Positions 1 through 9,970 of a stretch of DNA of 64,000 nucleotides are shown piece by piece. The notes below the pieces were generated by a model. The model ran no database searches. It was not told the DNA's origin and saw only the letters and a list, made by a program, of their open reading frames with translations. Each line of letters opens with the position of its first letter. Position 1 is the first letter of the stretch. A program made the position numbers and the translations under genes. This DNA is from Thermodesulfobacteriota bacterium (lineage in GTDB: Bacteria; Desulfobacterota_D; UBA1144; Nemesobacterales; UBA2774): NCBI GenBank assembly GCA_965216785.1, contig OZ244197.1, positions 1,184,001-1,248,000 on the forward strand, given 5' to 3'.

Positions 1-2
1 CC

Positions 3-2060
3 GATATCAGTCAAGACGAGGAGGGTATGAAAAAACTTTTTAAACAATTCTCATTTCCCGGTGGTATTCCAAGTCACGTCGCCCCTGAAACACCAGGTTC
101 TATTCACGAGGGAGGTGAACTAGGGTACTCACTTTCCCATGCTTATGGGGCAGTATTTGATAATCCCGACCTTATAGCTGCTTGTGTGGTTGGTGATGGT
201 GAGGCCGAAACAGGCCCGCTTGCAACTGCTTGGCATTCAAACAAATTCCTCAATCCTGCTAATGATGGTGCTGTGCTGCCGATATTACATTTGAACGGCT
301 ATAAGATTGCCAACCCATCGGTATTAGCCAGAATTAGTCATATGGAACTAGAGAGCTTGTTCTTTGGCTATGGTTATAAACCATATTTTGTTGAAGGATC
401 AAATCCCAAAATCATGCATCGTTTAATGGCTGAAACCCTCGACATCGTAATTGACGAAATTAACAAAATCCAGTTGGAAGCCCGCAATAAAGGTGTTACC
501 ACACGTCCCAAGTGGCCTATGATAATCCTGAAATCACCAAAGGGATGGACGGGTCCTAAAAAAGTCGATGGTAAAAAAACAGAGAATTTTTGGCGATCCC
601 ATCAAGTTCCACTTAGCGAGCTTTCAACAAAACCAAGTCATGTGAAGCTACTTGAAAACTGGATGAAAAGTTACAAGCCAGAAAGACTATTTGATAAAAA
701 CGGAAAGCTTATTCCCGAATTGTCAGATATCACTCCCAAAGGTCATCACCGCATGAGTGACAACCCTCATTCAAATGGCGGACTATTACTGAAAGAACTA
801 AAGATGCCAGATTTTCAAAAATATTCTGTGGAGGCATCAAAACCCGGTCACGAAAAAGTAGAAGCTACTAGAATTATGGGGCATTTCTTACGTGATGTTA
901 TGAAGTTAAACATGAACGAACGCAATTTCCGTGTATTCGGACCGGATGAGACTGCATCGAATCGATTAACTTCCTTATTCGAGGTTACTAACAGGGCATG
1001 GGTGGCTGAACGCTATCCTGAGGATAGCGACAAAGATTCACACCTTGATCCTAATGGCCGTATCATGGAAATACTCAGTGAACATACGTGTCAGGGATGG
1101 CTCGAAGGATATCTTCTCACCGGTCGTCATGGACTATTCTCATGCTATGAGGCCTTTATTCATATAGTTGATTCGATGTTCAATCAACATGCAAAGTGGC
1201 TTAAGGTTACATCCCTAGAAATACCTTGGCGTCGCCCAATAGCTTCCCTCAATTATTTGCTAACTTCACACGTTTGGAGGCAGGATCACAACGGCTTCAG
1301 CCATCAAGATCCGGGCTTTATTGATCATGTTATGAATAAGAAAGCAGATATAATTCGGGTTTATTTTCCTCCCGATGCTAATACATTACTTTCTGTAACC
1401 GATCATTGCCTAAGAAGCAGGAATTATGTGAACGTCATTGTGGCAGGCAAGCAACCCGAATTACAATGGCTTGATATGGATGCTGCAGTGAAGCATTGTA
1501 CTGCTGGCATAAGTATATGGGAGTGGGCAAGCAATGACAAAGGGACTGAACCGGATGTGGTAATGGCGTGTTGCGGTGACGTCCCTACTTTAGAAACCCT
1601 TGCAGCTGTAGACATTCTACGTAAAAAGCTTCCGGAACTCAAAGTGCGCGTTATAAATGTCGTTGATCCTATGAAGCTGCAGCCAAGAGAGGAGCATCCT
1701 CACGGCTTATCAGATTGGGAGTTCGATTCATTATTTACGACTAATAAGCCTATAATCTTTGCCTATCACGGATATCCGTGGCTTATTCATCGTTTAACTT
1801 ACCGAAGAGCAAACCATAACAATCTCCACGTCCGAGGGTACAAGGAAGAAGGAACTACGACTACATCATTTGATATGGCGGTACTTAACGATATAGATCG
1901 TTTTCATTTAGTTGAAGATGTAATTGATCGAGTTCCCATTTTGAGATCTATAGCAGCTTATACGAAACAGGAAATGCGGAACAAGATAATTGATCACAAG
2001 CAATATATCGAAAAATATGGTCAGGATATGCCCGAGATTCAAGAATGGACATGGAGGTAG
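3..2060 (+). CDS. xfp: Phosphoketolase (xylulose-5-P/fructose-6-P), 5' end outside window
   Basis: Motifs [21 protein letters not shown] (ThDP binding), [14 protein letters not shown]. The frame is open from base 3 (DISQDEEG-M), so the true start is upstream of the window. Confidence 0.95.
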   Translation, partial: DISQDEEGMKKLFKQFSFPGGIPSHVAPETPGSIHEGGELGYSLSHAYGAVFDNPDLIAACVVGDGEAETGPLATAWHSNKFLNPANDGAVLPILHLNGYKIANPSVLARISHMELESLFFGYGYKPYFVEGSNPKIMHRLMAETLDIVIDEINKIQLEARNKGVTTRPKWPMIILKSPKGWTGPKKVDGKKTENFWRSHQVPLSELSTKPSHVKLLENWMKSYKPERLFDKNGKLIPELSDITPKGHHRMSDNPHSNGGLLLKELKMPDFQKYSVEASKPGHEKVEATRIMGHFLRDVMKLNMNERNFRVFGPDETASNRLTSLFEVTNRAWVAERYPEDSDKDSHLDPNGRIMEILSEHTCQGWLEGYLLTGRHGLFSCYEAFIHIVDSMFNQHAKWLKVTSLEIPWRRPIASLNYLLTSHVWRQDHNGFSHQDPGFIDHVMNKKADIIRVYFPPDANTLLSVTDHCLRSRNYVNVIVAGKQPELQWLDMDAAVKHCTAGISIWEWASNDKGTEPDVVMACCGDVPTLETLAAVDILRKKLPELKVRVINVVDPMKLQPREEHPHGLSDWEFDSLFTTNKPIIFAYHGYPWLIHRLTYRRANHNNLHVRGYKEEGTTTTSFDMAVLNDIDRFHLVEDVIDRVPILRSIAAYTKQEMRNKIIDHKQYIEKYGQDMPEIQEWTWR

Positions 2061-2159
2061 TAAAGGTTTCGCCCTGTTAAACGATCTTACTGATTTTCAG
2101 ACTGAGGACTTAATTAGAATTTGAGTAGTTGCACATAACAGTTCGCAGCGGAGAATAAG

Positions 2160-3344
2160 TTGAAAGAAGATAGAACAAATAATCTATTAGGCAAAGATTT
2201 AAGAGTACATATCATTGGTGCTGGTCCTGCATCTTGTGTTGCTGCAATTAATCTAGCTAAGGCAGGTATAGCTGTAGTAATTCATGAACAAAAAAGTGAC
2301 GTCGGCTCAAGGTTTAACGGGGACTTTCAAGGTATTGAAAATTGGTCTACTGAGATTGATGCTCTTGAATTTTTATCCTCTATCGGAATTTCAATAAATT
2401 TTCTTTGTGAACCCTATTCAATTGGAAATTTTTACGGGCCAAGTTTAAAAAAACACGTTATAAAAACTTCAAGGCCCTTATTTTATTTAATAAAAAGAGG
2501 AACGGATAGCAACTCTCTTGACCAGGGGTTAAAACAGCAGGCAATTGATGCAGGTGTGAAGATAATATGGAACGATAGAATTCAACATACACATTACCAA
2601 ACCACAATAATCGGTACTGGACCCAGAGCCGCTGATGTTATTGCAAAAGGAATTACATTCAAAACATCGCACCCTGATGCATATTTTGGTTTTTTGAATA
2701 ACAGGATAGCACCAAAAGGTTATGCATATCTTTTAGTTAATAAAGGTCAAGCTACATTCGCAACGGTTTTGTACGAAGAATTCCGAAAGACTCAAACCTA
2801 CTTTCAACGAGCTCTCGAAACTATGCAGAGCGTACTAGAAATCGATATTGTAGAACCTATGGAGTTCGGCGGTTTTGGGAATTTTACTCTCAATCAAGAT
2901 ACGAACTATAATGAAGATGTTCTCCTCATCGGAGAAGCTGCAGGTTTTCAGGATGCCCTGTGGGGTTTTGGGTTAAGATATGCGATGCTATCAGGTTATT
3001 TGGCCGCGCAAAGTATATTAACAAGCAAATCATACAACCAAATGTGCCGTGAGGAAATCTTGCCTTTCATGGAAATCTCTCTTGCCAATCGGTGGCTCTT
3101 CGCAAATCTGGGCAATTATGGATATGACATAGTTCTTAATGTTGTTTCGAAGCGCACAAACATTATTGAGTCACTGCGCAGACAGCACAAACCCACACGG
3201 TTTAAAAGATTGGTATTTCAAGTCGCGAAAAAATGGTATCACACAAGACTAATTGATAAACAGTGCATGCATAAGAACTGTGATTGTATTTGGTGCAGGC
3301 ATTGTAAAGAAACTTATAAATTTGAGGAGGTTTTGCCGGTATGA
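2160..3344 (+). CDS. FAD-dependent oxidoreductase (geranylgeranyl reductase-like) with Cys-rich C-terminal tail
   Basis: IIGAGPA FAD motif; LIGEAAG second FAD motif; C-terminal CMHKNCDCIWCRHC; TTG start after GGAG. Confidence 0.8.
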   Translation: MKEDRTNNLLGKDLRVHIIGAGPASCVAAINLAKAGIAVVIHEQKSDVGSRFNGDFQGIENWSTEIDALEFLSSIGISINFLCEPYSIGNFYGPSLKKHVIKTSRPLFYLIKRGTDSNSLDQGLKQQAIDAGVKIIWNDRIQHTHYQTTIIGTGPRAADVIAKGITFKTSHPDAYFGFLNNRIAPKGYAYLLVNKGQATFATVLYEEFRKTQTYFQRALETMQSVLEIDIVEPMEFGGFGNFTLNQDTNYNEDVLLIGEAAGFQDALWGFGLRYAMLSGYLAAQSILTSKSYNQMCREEILPFMEISLANRWLFANLGNYGYDIVLNVVSKRTNIIESLRRQHKPTRFKRLVFQVAKKWYHTRLIDKQCMHKNCDCIWCRHCKETYKFEEVLPV

Positions 3345-5356
3345 ATCATAAGGAACACCCTAACGATAAAAATTCCAAACAATCGCACCAAGATAACCAT
3401 AAACATCACGACCATCACGCACATATGGTTGCGGATTATAGAAAGCGATTCTGGATTTCATTGATAATAACAGTACCAATTCTTGCTTTATCTCCCATGA
3501 TTCAAGAATTTCTAGGTATAAGGGAGTCTATAAGATTCACAGGCGATATCTATGTTCTCTTTGCTCTTTCGTCGATTGTCTTTTTCTATGGTGGTTACCC
3601 ATTTCTCAAGGGGATATTCAATGAACTGAAATCTGCAAAGCCGGGCATGATGACCCTTATTTCCATAGCAATTGCTACCGCCTATATATACAGTAGCGCA
3701 GTGGTATTTGGGTTATCGGGGGAAATATTTTTCTGGGAGCTTGCAACGCTAATTGACATTATGCTCCTAGGCCACTGGATTGAAATGAAATCAGTTATGG
3801 GCGCCTCTAAAGCACTTGAAGAATTAGCACGGTTAATGCCCTATGATGCCCATAAAGTTATGCCAAATGGAACTATTCAGGATGTACCGTTGAGTGATTT
3901 AAACTCAGGCGACAAAGTGCTCATCAAACCCGGCGAGAAGATTCCAGCCGACGGTGAGGTGCTGGAAGGGGAGACCTCAGTCAATGAATCCATGCTCACA
4001 GGCGAATCTGTTCCGGTATCAAAAAAACAGGGTGTAAAAGTTATAGGTGGATCAGTGAACGGAGAGGGTTCAATTACTGTAGAAGTTCAAAAAACTGGAA
4101 AAGACTCTTATCTTTCGCAGGTAATAGATCTGGTAAGACAAGCACAAGAAAGCAAGTCAAAAACCCAGGATTTGGCCAACCGTGCAGCGGTCTGGCTAAC
4201 GATTGTAGCACTTGTGGGCGGGGCGTTAACATTATTTGTATGGCTTGCAATAGTCAATAAGGATTTTGCATTTGCTCTTGAGCGGACTGTGACTGTGATG
4301 ATTATTGCCTGCCCTCATGCCCTCGGTTTAGCTGTGCCATTAGTAGTAGCGGTATCGACTGCAATATCCGCTTCTAACGGTTTACTGATACGAGACCGAG
4401 TCGCGTTTGAAAGAGCAAGAAACATCCAGGCAATTATATTTGATAAAACCGGAACATTAACACAGGGCAAGTTCGGTGTTACGGATACAATAAAATTCAG
4501 CAATGATGTTAACGAAAAGGAACTCCTTAAATATGCCGCTTCTGTTGAAGCTCACTCGGAGCATCCCATCGCAAAAGGTGTTGTCTTATCCGCAGAGGAA
4601 ACTTTTCCCGTTCAAAGTTTCAAAGCCATTACAGGTAAGGGTGCAGAGGGAAGAGTAAATGGAAGAGATGTAAAAGTAGTTAGCCCGGGATACCTGAAAG
4701 AACAAAATATAAGTATGAACGATGAAAGAATCGAAGAACTTTCATCGCAGGGGAAAACCGTTGTGTTCGTTTTAATTGATGGAGAGTTAAAAGGAGCTTT
4801 AGCGCTCGCCGATATCGTGAGGGCAGAATCAAAAGAAGCAATATCTAGACTTAGGGATATGGGGATAAAATGCATGATGCTTACTGGCGATAATAAACAG
4901 GTTGCGAAATGGGTATCTGAAGAAATAGGTCTTGATGAGTATTTCGCTGAGGTATTGCCTGATGAGAAGTCGGCAAAAATTAAGGAGGTTCAGTCGCGAG
5001 GACTGATTGTCGCAATGACAGGTGATGGAGTAAATGACGCTCCAGCACTTGCACAAGCTGATGTGGGTATTGCAATCGGAGCTGGTACAGATGTAGCAGT
5101 GGAGACAGCGGATATCATCTTGGTAAGGAGTAATCCTATTGATGCTGTAGCGATAATCGGTCTTGCTAAAGCAACATATAGAAAGATGATACAGAACCTC
5201 ATTTGGGCGACCGGGTATAACGTTATTGCTATTCCGCTTGCAGCAGGCGTTCTCTATCCTAAGATACTTCTTGGTCCTGCTTTAGCAGCTGTGTTCATGT
5301 CCTTAAGTACAGTCATAGTAGCAATAAATGCAAAATATTTAAAAGTTGAGAGGTAA
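3341..5356 (+). CDS. copB: Copper-exporting P1B-3 ATPase (CopB-type)
   Basis: His-rich N-terminus, TGES, CPH, DKTGT, SEHP, GDGVND, YN and MSLST motifs. Confidence 0.9.
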   Translation: MNHKEHPNDKNSKQSHQDNHKHHDHHAHMVADYRKRFWISLIITVPILALSPMIQEFLGIRESIRFTGDIYVLFALSSIVFFYGGYPFLKGIFNELKSAKPGMMTLISIAIATAYIYSSAVVFGLSGEIFFWELATLIDIMLLGHWIEMKSVMGASKALEELARLMPYDAHKVMPNGTIQDVPLSDLNSGDKVLIKPGEKIPADGEVLEGETSVNESMLTGESVPVSKKQGVKVIGGSVNGEGSITVEVQKTGKDSYLSQVIDLVRQAQESKSKTQDLANRAAVWLTIVALVGGALTLFVWLAIVNKDFAFALERTVTVMIIACPHALGLAVPLVVAVSTAISASNGLLIRDRVAFERARNIQAIIFDKTGTLTQGKFGVTDTIKFSNDVNEKELLKYAASVEAHSEHPIAKGVVLSAEETFPVQSFKAITGKGAEGRVNGRDVKVVSPGYLKEQNISMNDERIEELSSQGKTVVFVLIDGELKGALALADIVRAESKEAISRLRDMGIKCMMLTGDNKQVAKWVSEEIGLDEYFAEVLPDEKSAKIKEVQSRGLIVAMTGDGVNDAPALAQADVGIAIGAGTDVAVETADIILVRSNPIDAVAIIGLAKATYRKMIQNLIWATGYNVIAIPLAAGVLYPKILLGPALAAVFMSLSTVIVAINAKYLKVER

Positions 5357-5434
5357 AGATCGTTTGATGATTCTACGGAAAGATCATTCTAGTGCCAAAC
5401 AAATATCTTTTTAGCCAAGGAGGTTATAGATATA

Positions 5435-5761
5435 ATGGAATACAAAAAAATCAATGCAATCATACGTAAAGCTGCTTTAGAAGAAGTGGAAAATCAACTC
5501 AAGGAAATCGGGGTAAAGGGTATTAGTGTTAGCACTATTAAGGGTTATGGCGAGTATGCCAATTTCTTCAGCCATAAATGGTATGTCGAACATGCAAGAA
5601 TAGAAATTTTTGCTGGTAAAGATTATGTTATGAAAATAGTGTCAACAATAATAGAAGCTTCTCATACTGGGACGAAAGGAGACGGAATTGTGGCCATCCT
5701 ACCGGTCGAAAAGTTGTACCATATCCGAACTAAATCCGAAGTTGAATACGTTGAAGAATAA
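5435..5761 (+). CDS. P-II family protein (metal-cluster associated)
   Basis: KKINAIIR...KGYG...HTGTKGDGIVAILPV, P-II fold motifs; GGAGG RBS. Confidence 0.85.
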   Translation: MEYKKINAIIRKAALEEVENQLKEIGVKGISVSTIKGYGEYANFFSHKWYVEHARIEIFAGKDYVMKIVSTIIEASHTGTKGDGIVAILPVEKLYHIRTKSEVEYVEE

Positions 5762-5861
5762 AATTGGAGTCTTTAAAAACAAGAAACTGTGTAAATGATA
5801 TAGCAAGCTTCGGTAAATTTTTTATTAAAATGTAAATCAAAATAGGAGCATTATTGCAACT

Positions 5862-6113
5862 ATGAATAAACAATTCAAATTGATTTCCTGGCTTAGTTCG
5901 AGGACTGGTCTTATCGTGACTGCCTCCTTAGTTATCCTTGGTTTCTTTTTATTTGCGGAGCACAGAGTACATGTTTTAGGAGCATTGCCCTATATTTTAC
6001 TGGCGTTATTTTTGGTTTTACATCTTTTTTTGCACAGCGGGCACGGAGGTCATAGCGCAAAAGACTCAGAGAATGAAGGTGACAATAATTCTTCAAGCGG
6101 AGATAAAACGTGA
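5862..6113 (+). CDS. DUF2933-like small membrane protein
   Basis: Two hydrophobic segments, EHRVH...LPY...HLFLHSGHGGH; typical context upstream of an ICMT-family gene. Confidence 0.7.
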   Translation: MNKQFKLISWLSSRTGLIVTASLVILGFFLFAEHRVHVLGALPYILLALFLVLHLFLHSGHGGHSAKDSENEGDNNSSSGDKT

Positions 6114-6766
6114 ACAGCACACCTGCTTACGGACTTTGGTTTCTTGTAATAATAAATTCCCTGATATTTATAATATTTGCGTTTAGTTTTGCGCGTCCAA
6201 AAAGTTCACGGGATTGGCGTTCTCTTGGAGCTTTTTCCGCCTTTATTGTGGCACTTTTTACGGAGATGTACGGTTTTCCATTAACAATTTATCTATTGTC
6301 CGGGTGGCTCGTAAGCCGCTATCCGGAGCTGGACCTTTTTTCTCATGAAACTGGACATCTTTGGCATTCTTTACTCGGCATAAAAGGCAACCCTCATTTT
6401 GATGTATTTCATATAATGAGCAACATACTGATTGTAGGAGGATTTATCTTGCTTTCCGCGGCATGGAAAGTTCTTCATGAAGCACAAAAAAATCACAAGT
6501 TAGCTATCACCGGCCCTTATGCATGGGTACGTCATCCACAGTATGTCGGATTCATTATTATCATGTTCGGATTCTTACTTCAATGGCCAACGATACTAAC
6601 ATTGCTGATGTTCCCAGTACTTGTATACATGTATATTCGGCTGGCACGGTGGGAGGAACGAGAGGTGGCAGAGGAATTTGGAAACGAGTACAAAACATAT
6701 GCTGAGAAAACCCCTTCTTTTATTCCACACTTTGGTAAGAAGGGAGTCAGAAAAATCTCCATATAA
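6110..6766 (+). CDS. Isoprenylcysteine carboxyl methyltransferase family membrane protein
   Basis: FTEMYGFPLT, GPYAWVRHPQY, EE...FG..Y..Y motifs; GTG start overlapping the upstream stop region. Confidence 0.85.
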   Translation: MNSTPAYGLWFLVIINSLIFIIFAFSFARPKSSRDWRSLGAFSAFIVALFTEMYGFPLTIYLLSGWLVSRYPELDLFSHETGHLWHSLLGIKGNPHFDVFHIMSNILIVGGFILLSAAWKVLHEAQKNHKLAITGPYAWVRHPQYVGFIIIMFGFLLQWPTILTLLMFPVLVYMYIRLARWEEREVAEEFGNEYKTYAEKTPSFIPHFGKKGVRKISI

Positions 6767-6785
6767 AAACAAAAGGAGGCAACAA

Positions 6786-6929
6786 ATGTGGGAATCAATT
6801 ATATGGTTTTTAATATTCGGAGGGATTTTTTATGCCATTATGCGCATGGGAGGTTGCGGGATGCATTCCCATGGGGGACATGGAGACCACGGAAACAAAG
6901 AGCATAAAGAAGAATCTGAGAAAAAATAA
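6786..6929 (+). CDS. Small membrane protein with GGCG and His-rich tail (47 aa)
   Basis: AGGAGG RBS before ATG 6786; MWESIIWFLIFGGIFYAIMRMGGCGMHSHGGHGDHG...; true start is internal to the 6621 ORF. Confidence 0.65.
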   Translation: MWESIIWFLIFGGIFYAIMRMGGCGMHSHGGHGDHGNKEHKEESEKK

Positions 6930-6974
6930 ATTGTCTGATTAATGTTCCATATAATCAGCAATAGGAGGATTGTC

Positions 6975-7259
6975 ATGAATTCTAGTAAATCGGATCATTA
7001 CCATACCCTGGACTGGAGACCTCTAGGTCTCGCTCTAGGATTATTCTTCGTGATTAGCTTTATATTATGTGTGGCATTTGACCTGATTTTTCCAGGGCAA
7101 GCTATGTACGAGTCATGGATGAGGTTGCTTCCTGGCTTTACGTGGTTAACATGGGGAAGTTTCATTCTTGGACTGATCGAGAGCTTTGCATATGGATTAT
7201 ATATAGCTCTTGTTTTTTGCCCACTTTATAATTTTTTCGTGGGTAAATTTTCAGGATAG
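6975..7259 (+). CDS. DUF5676-like membrane protein
   Basis: AGGAGG RBS; LGLALGLFF...LLPGFTWLTWGSFILGLIESFAYG...PLYN pattern. Confidence 0.65.
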   Translation: MNSSKSDHYHTLDWRPLGLALGLFFVISFILCVAFDLIFPGQAMYESWMRLLPGFTWLTWGSFILGLIESFAYGLYIALVFCPLYNFFVGKFSG

Positions 7260-7320
7260 CAGTATGCCAATTACTTAACCATGTGAGGTAGTTAACTCTG
7301 AGGATTTAGAGTAAATAAGG

Positions 7321-8229
7321 ATGATGCTACAGACTCTCAAAATAGTACTTGTCATGTTCTTATGGTCGATATGCTTCCCTTTGATAACCATGGGTCTTGA
7401 GTTTGCGCCGCACCTAACTTTTGCGGCTATCCGAGCAATTATTGCTGGAGCGACTTTACTTGTAATAGCTTTGATTCTGGGCCGCACATTACCAAAGAGC
7501 TGGAAAACCTGGGTTATTCTAACGTTGGTCGGTCTGGGCGCAACGACGCTTGGTTTTTTCGGTATGTTTCACGCTTCTGAATTTGTTTCCCCGGGTATTG
7601 CAACTGTCGTCTCAAATGCACAGCCATTGATGGCAAGTCTGCTAGCGCTTTTCATTCTAGGAGAGTATCTAGATACACGCGGCAAGTGGGGTATGCTGCT
7701 CGGATTTTCAGGAATAGTACTAATTGCGATACCGGGTTTATTGTCTACATCCGGTAACGCTTATCTTGCAGGAATCGGCTATATCCTATTGTCGGCATCC
7801 GGGATTACCATCAGTAATGTATTAATCCGATACATCGCTTCAAAGATTGATGCCCTAACCGCCATGGGCTTGCAACTCTTTCTTGGGGGCTTGTTTCTTG
7901 CATTGATCGCAATCGTAACGGAGGATACATCGACCGTAGAATGGTCTCCCGCGTTCCTGTTCAGTTTGCTTGGCTTAAGCTTGCCTGGTACGGCATTGGC
8001 CTATTGGCTGTGGTGCCATGTCCTAAAAAAAACAGAACTAAATCACGCGAACGTCTACAGTTTTCTAGTCCCGATTTTTGGATTGATAATTGGGATGTTG
8101 TTTTATGAAGAAACCTACGGTCTTTTGATTTTAGCGGGTATCGGTTTGATATTAATAGGCATAATTTTGGTCAACTGGCCTCAAAAAAACTGGGCTTGGG
8201 TCACACAACTATTTTCTAGTGGGAAATAA
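7321..8229 (+). CDS. DMT/EamA family transporter
   Basis: About 10 hydrophobic segments, ~300 aa, two EamA-like halves. Confidence 0.85.
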   Translation: MMLQTLKIVLVMFLWSICFPLITMGLEFAPHLTFAAIRAIIAGATLLVIALILGRTLPKSWKTWVILTLVGLGATTLGFFGMFHASEFVSPGIATVVSNAQPLMASLLALFILGEYLDTRGKWGMLLGFSGIVLIAIPGLLSTSGNAYLAGIGYILLSASGITISNVLIRYIASKIDALTAMGLQLFLGGLFLALIAIVTEDTSTVEWSPAFLFSLLGLSLPGTALAYWLWCHVLKKTELNHANVYSFLVPIFGLIIGMLFYEETYGLLILAGIGLILIGIILVNWPQKNWAWVTQLFSSGK

Positions 8230-8300
8230 TTTATTGAACATGAATAAGATCGTTATAACTGCAATAATGGGCATACATTACCTAACCTAATGGTGTAAAT

Positions 8301-8936
8301 ATGACGGAAAGTAAAATCTTAGTTATCGGAGGGTACGGGGCAGTTGGGCAGACCATCTGCACTGTTCTTGGGAACAATTTCCCTGGAAAAGTTATAGCCG
8401 CGGGTAGAAATTATAAAAAAGCTAGTGAATTCTCACGGAATACTGGTAAAAAGGTACTAGCTATGGAATTGGATATAAATAAAGCTCAAAATCTTAAGCT
8501 CCCTGAGGATGTAAGTCTAATAGTCATGTGTATAGAACAAACGAATACAGAGTTCGTTGAAAAATGCATACGTGAAGGTATTCACTACGTCGATATATCT
8601 GCCACATATGAATTCCTTTCAAAGCTTGAACTACTTGATAATGAGGCTAAAAAACATAATTCCACGGCTGTACTGAGTGTTGGATTAACACCGGGTGTGA
8701 CAAACTTGTTAGCTAAATACCTTAAGTCAAAGCTAGGTGATATACATAGGATAGATTCCTACATAATGCTAGGTTTAGGTGAAGCTCATGTGGAGGCTTC
8801 TATTCGCTGGGTTCTGGAAAATATAAATAAAGAGTTTTCAATAAAGCAATCTGATGGGTCCAAACTCGTCAGGAGTGTTGATATAGGCAAGACTCCGTTA
8901 AAAGCTGCTTCATTATTTGGGAGTATATCAGGTTGA
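8301..8936 (+). pseudogene. Saccharopine dehydrogenase-like NAD(P)-binding protein, apparently 3'-truncated
   Basis: GGYGAVG Rossmann motif, HYVDIS, VGLTPGVTN. Only 211 aa; the tail after ~8870 looks unrelated and starts at a hairpin. Confidence 0.6.
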
Positions 8937-8949
8937 ATATGAGGTGAAT

Positions 8950-9762
8950 ATGATAGGAAAAATAATTCGCAAATCTAAATCAACCTTAAAAAGATATATT
9001 ATTCTATCAAAGTATAAATATTTTATCGAATGGTATATCAATCACTATGGCATAAGACTAGCATTAATAATATATATACAGTTGCTTTTGAAATCAGTCT
9101 TCACACAACAATTAACTATAAAAGCAAAAATTCCAGATTCAAATATCTATATATCATTAAGACCGTTACTGCCCGATCTCAACACTTTTGACGAAATATT
9201 CATGGATCACAATTATGATTTTGATTGTGAAAGCGCTGAATACATAATAGATGCTGGTGCGCACATAGGTCTTGCCGCGGTTTTCTTTGCCTGCAAATAC
9301 CCGGAAGCTAAAATATTGTCAATTGAGCCTGAGGATTCAAATTATGAAATTCTTGTGTCTAACACTAAACATTTTCCCAATATAAAAACAATCAAGGCAG
9401 CGTTATGGAGTCATCGGACACTTGTTAATATTGCGAATCCAAAAGCCGCATCATGGGCATTTCAGGTGACCGAAGTAGCTGATAACAATGAAACAATAGC
9501 AATTAATGTTGAGGACGCTATGTTCGAACTGGACACTGACTATATCGATATATTAAAAATGGACATAGAAGGATCTGAAAAAGAAGTATTTCAAGGTTGC
9601 AGCTCATGGATAGATAGAGTGAAATTTATAATCCTTGAATTGCACGACAGATATTGCCCGGGATGTACACAGGCTATGGAGAATGCAATAAAAGGTCGTA
9701 ATTTCCTGAGACAAATACATGGTGAGAATACATTGTTAACACAGCAAAACCATAACCTTTAA
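8950..9762 (+). CDS. FkbM family methyltransferase
   Basis: IIDAGAHIG, SIEP, LKMDIEGSE, LELH motifs; GAGGTG RBS before ATG 8950. Confidence 0.88.
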   Translation: MIGKIIRKSKSTLKRYIILSKYKYFIEWYINHYGIRLALIIYIQLLLKSVFTQQLTIKAKIPDSNIYISLRPLLPDLNTFDEIFMDHNYDFDCESAEYIIDAGAHIGLAAVFFACKYPEAKILSIEPEDSNYEILVSNTKHFPNIKTIKAALWSHRTLVNIANPKAASWAFQVTEVADNNETIAINVEDAMFELDTDYIDILKMDIEGSEKEVFQGCSSWIDRVKFIILELHDRYCPGCTQAMENAIKGRNFLRQIHGENTLLTQQNHNL

Positions 9763-9840
9763 ACGATGCTCAAGAATGAATTTAAGAGGTCTGGTTCAAT
9801 ACTAAACGGGCTGCAAGAAAGGAGTATTATAGTATTAATA

Positions 9841-9881
9841 ATTCCAACTTAAACCGGGCTTGACAAAAGGGGAGCAGTACA
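9841..9881 (+). repeat. 41-bp direct repeat copy 1; orphan IS3-family-like terminus
   Basis: ATTCCAACTTAAACCGGGCTTGACAAAAGGGGAGCAGTACA; 39/41 identical to 29354-29394; ends GGGGAGCAGTACA like IS3-family ends. Confidence 0.8.
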
Positions 9882-9970
9882 GTCAGAGTAACTAATATTC
9901 TTCAACCAATTTATACATTTTCCACTATCTGCAATATCAATTACAAATAGCTCGTACTTTCATACAATAT

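Noticed and set aside
6621-6785. N-terminal part of the 102-aa ORF
   Set aside because: Overlaps the ICMT gene out of frame; the RBS supports a start at 6786.
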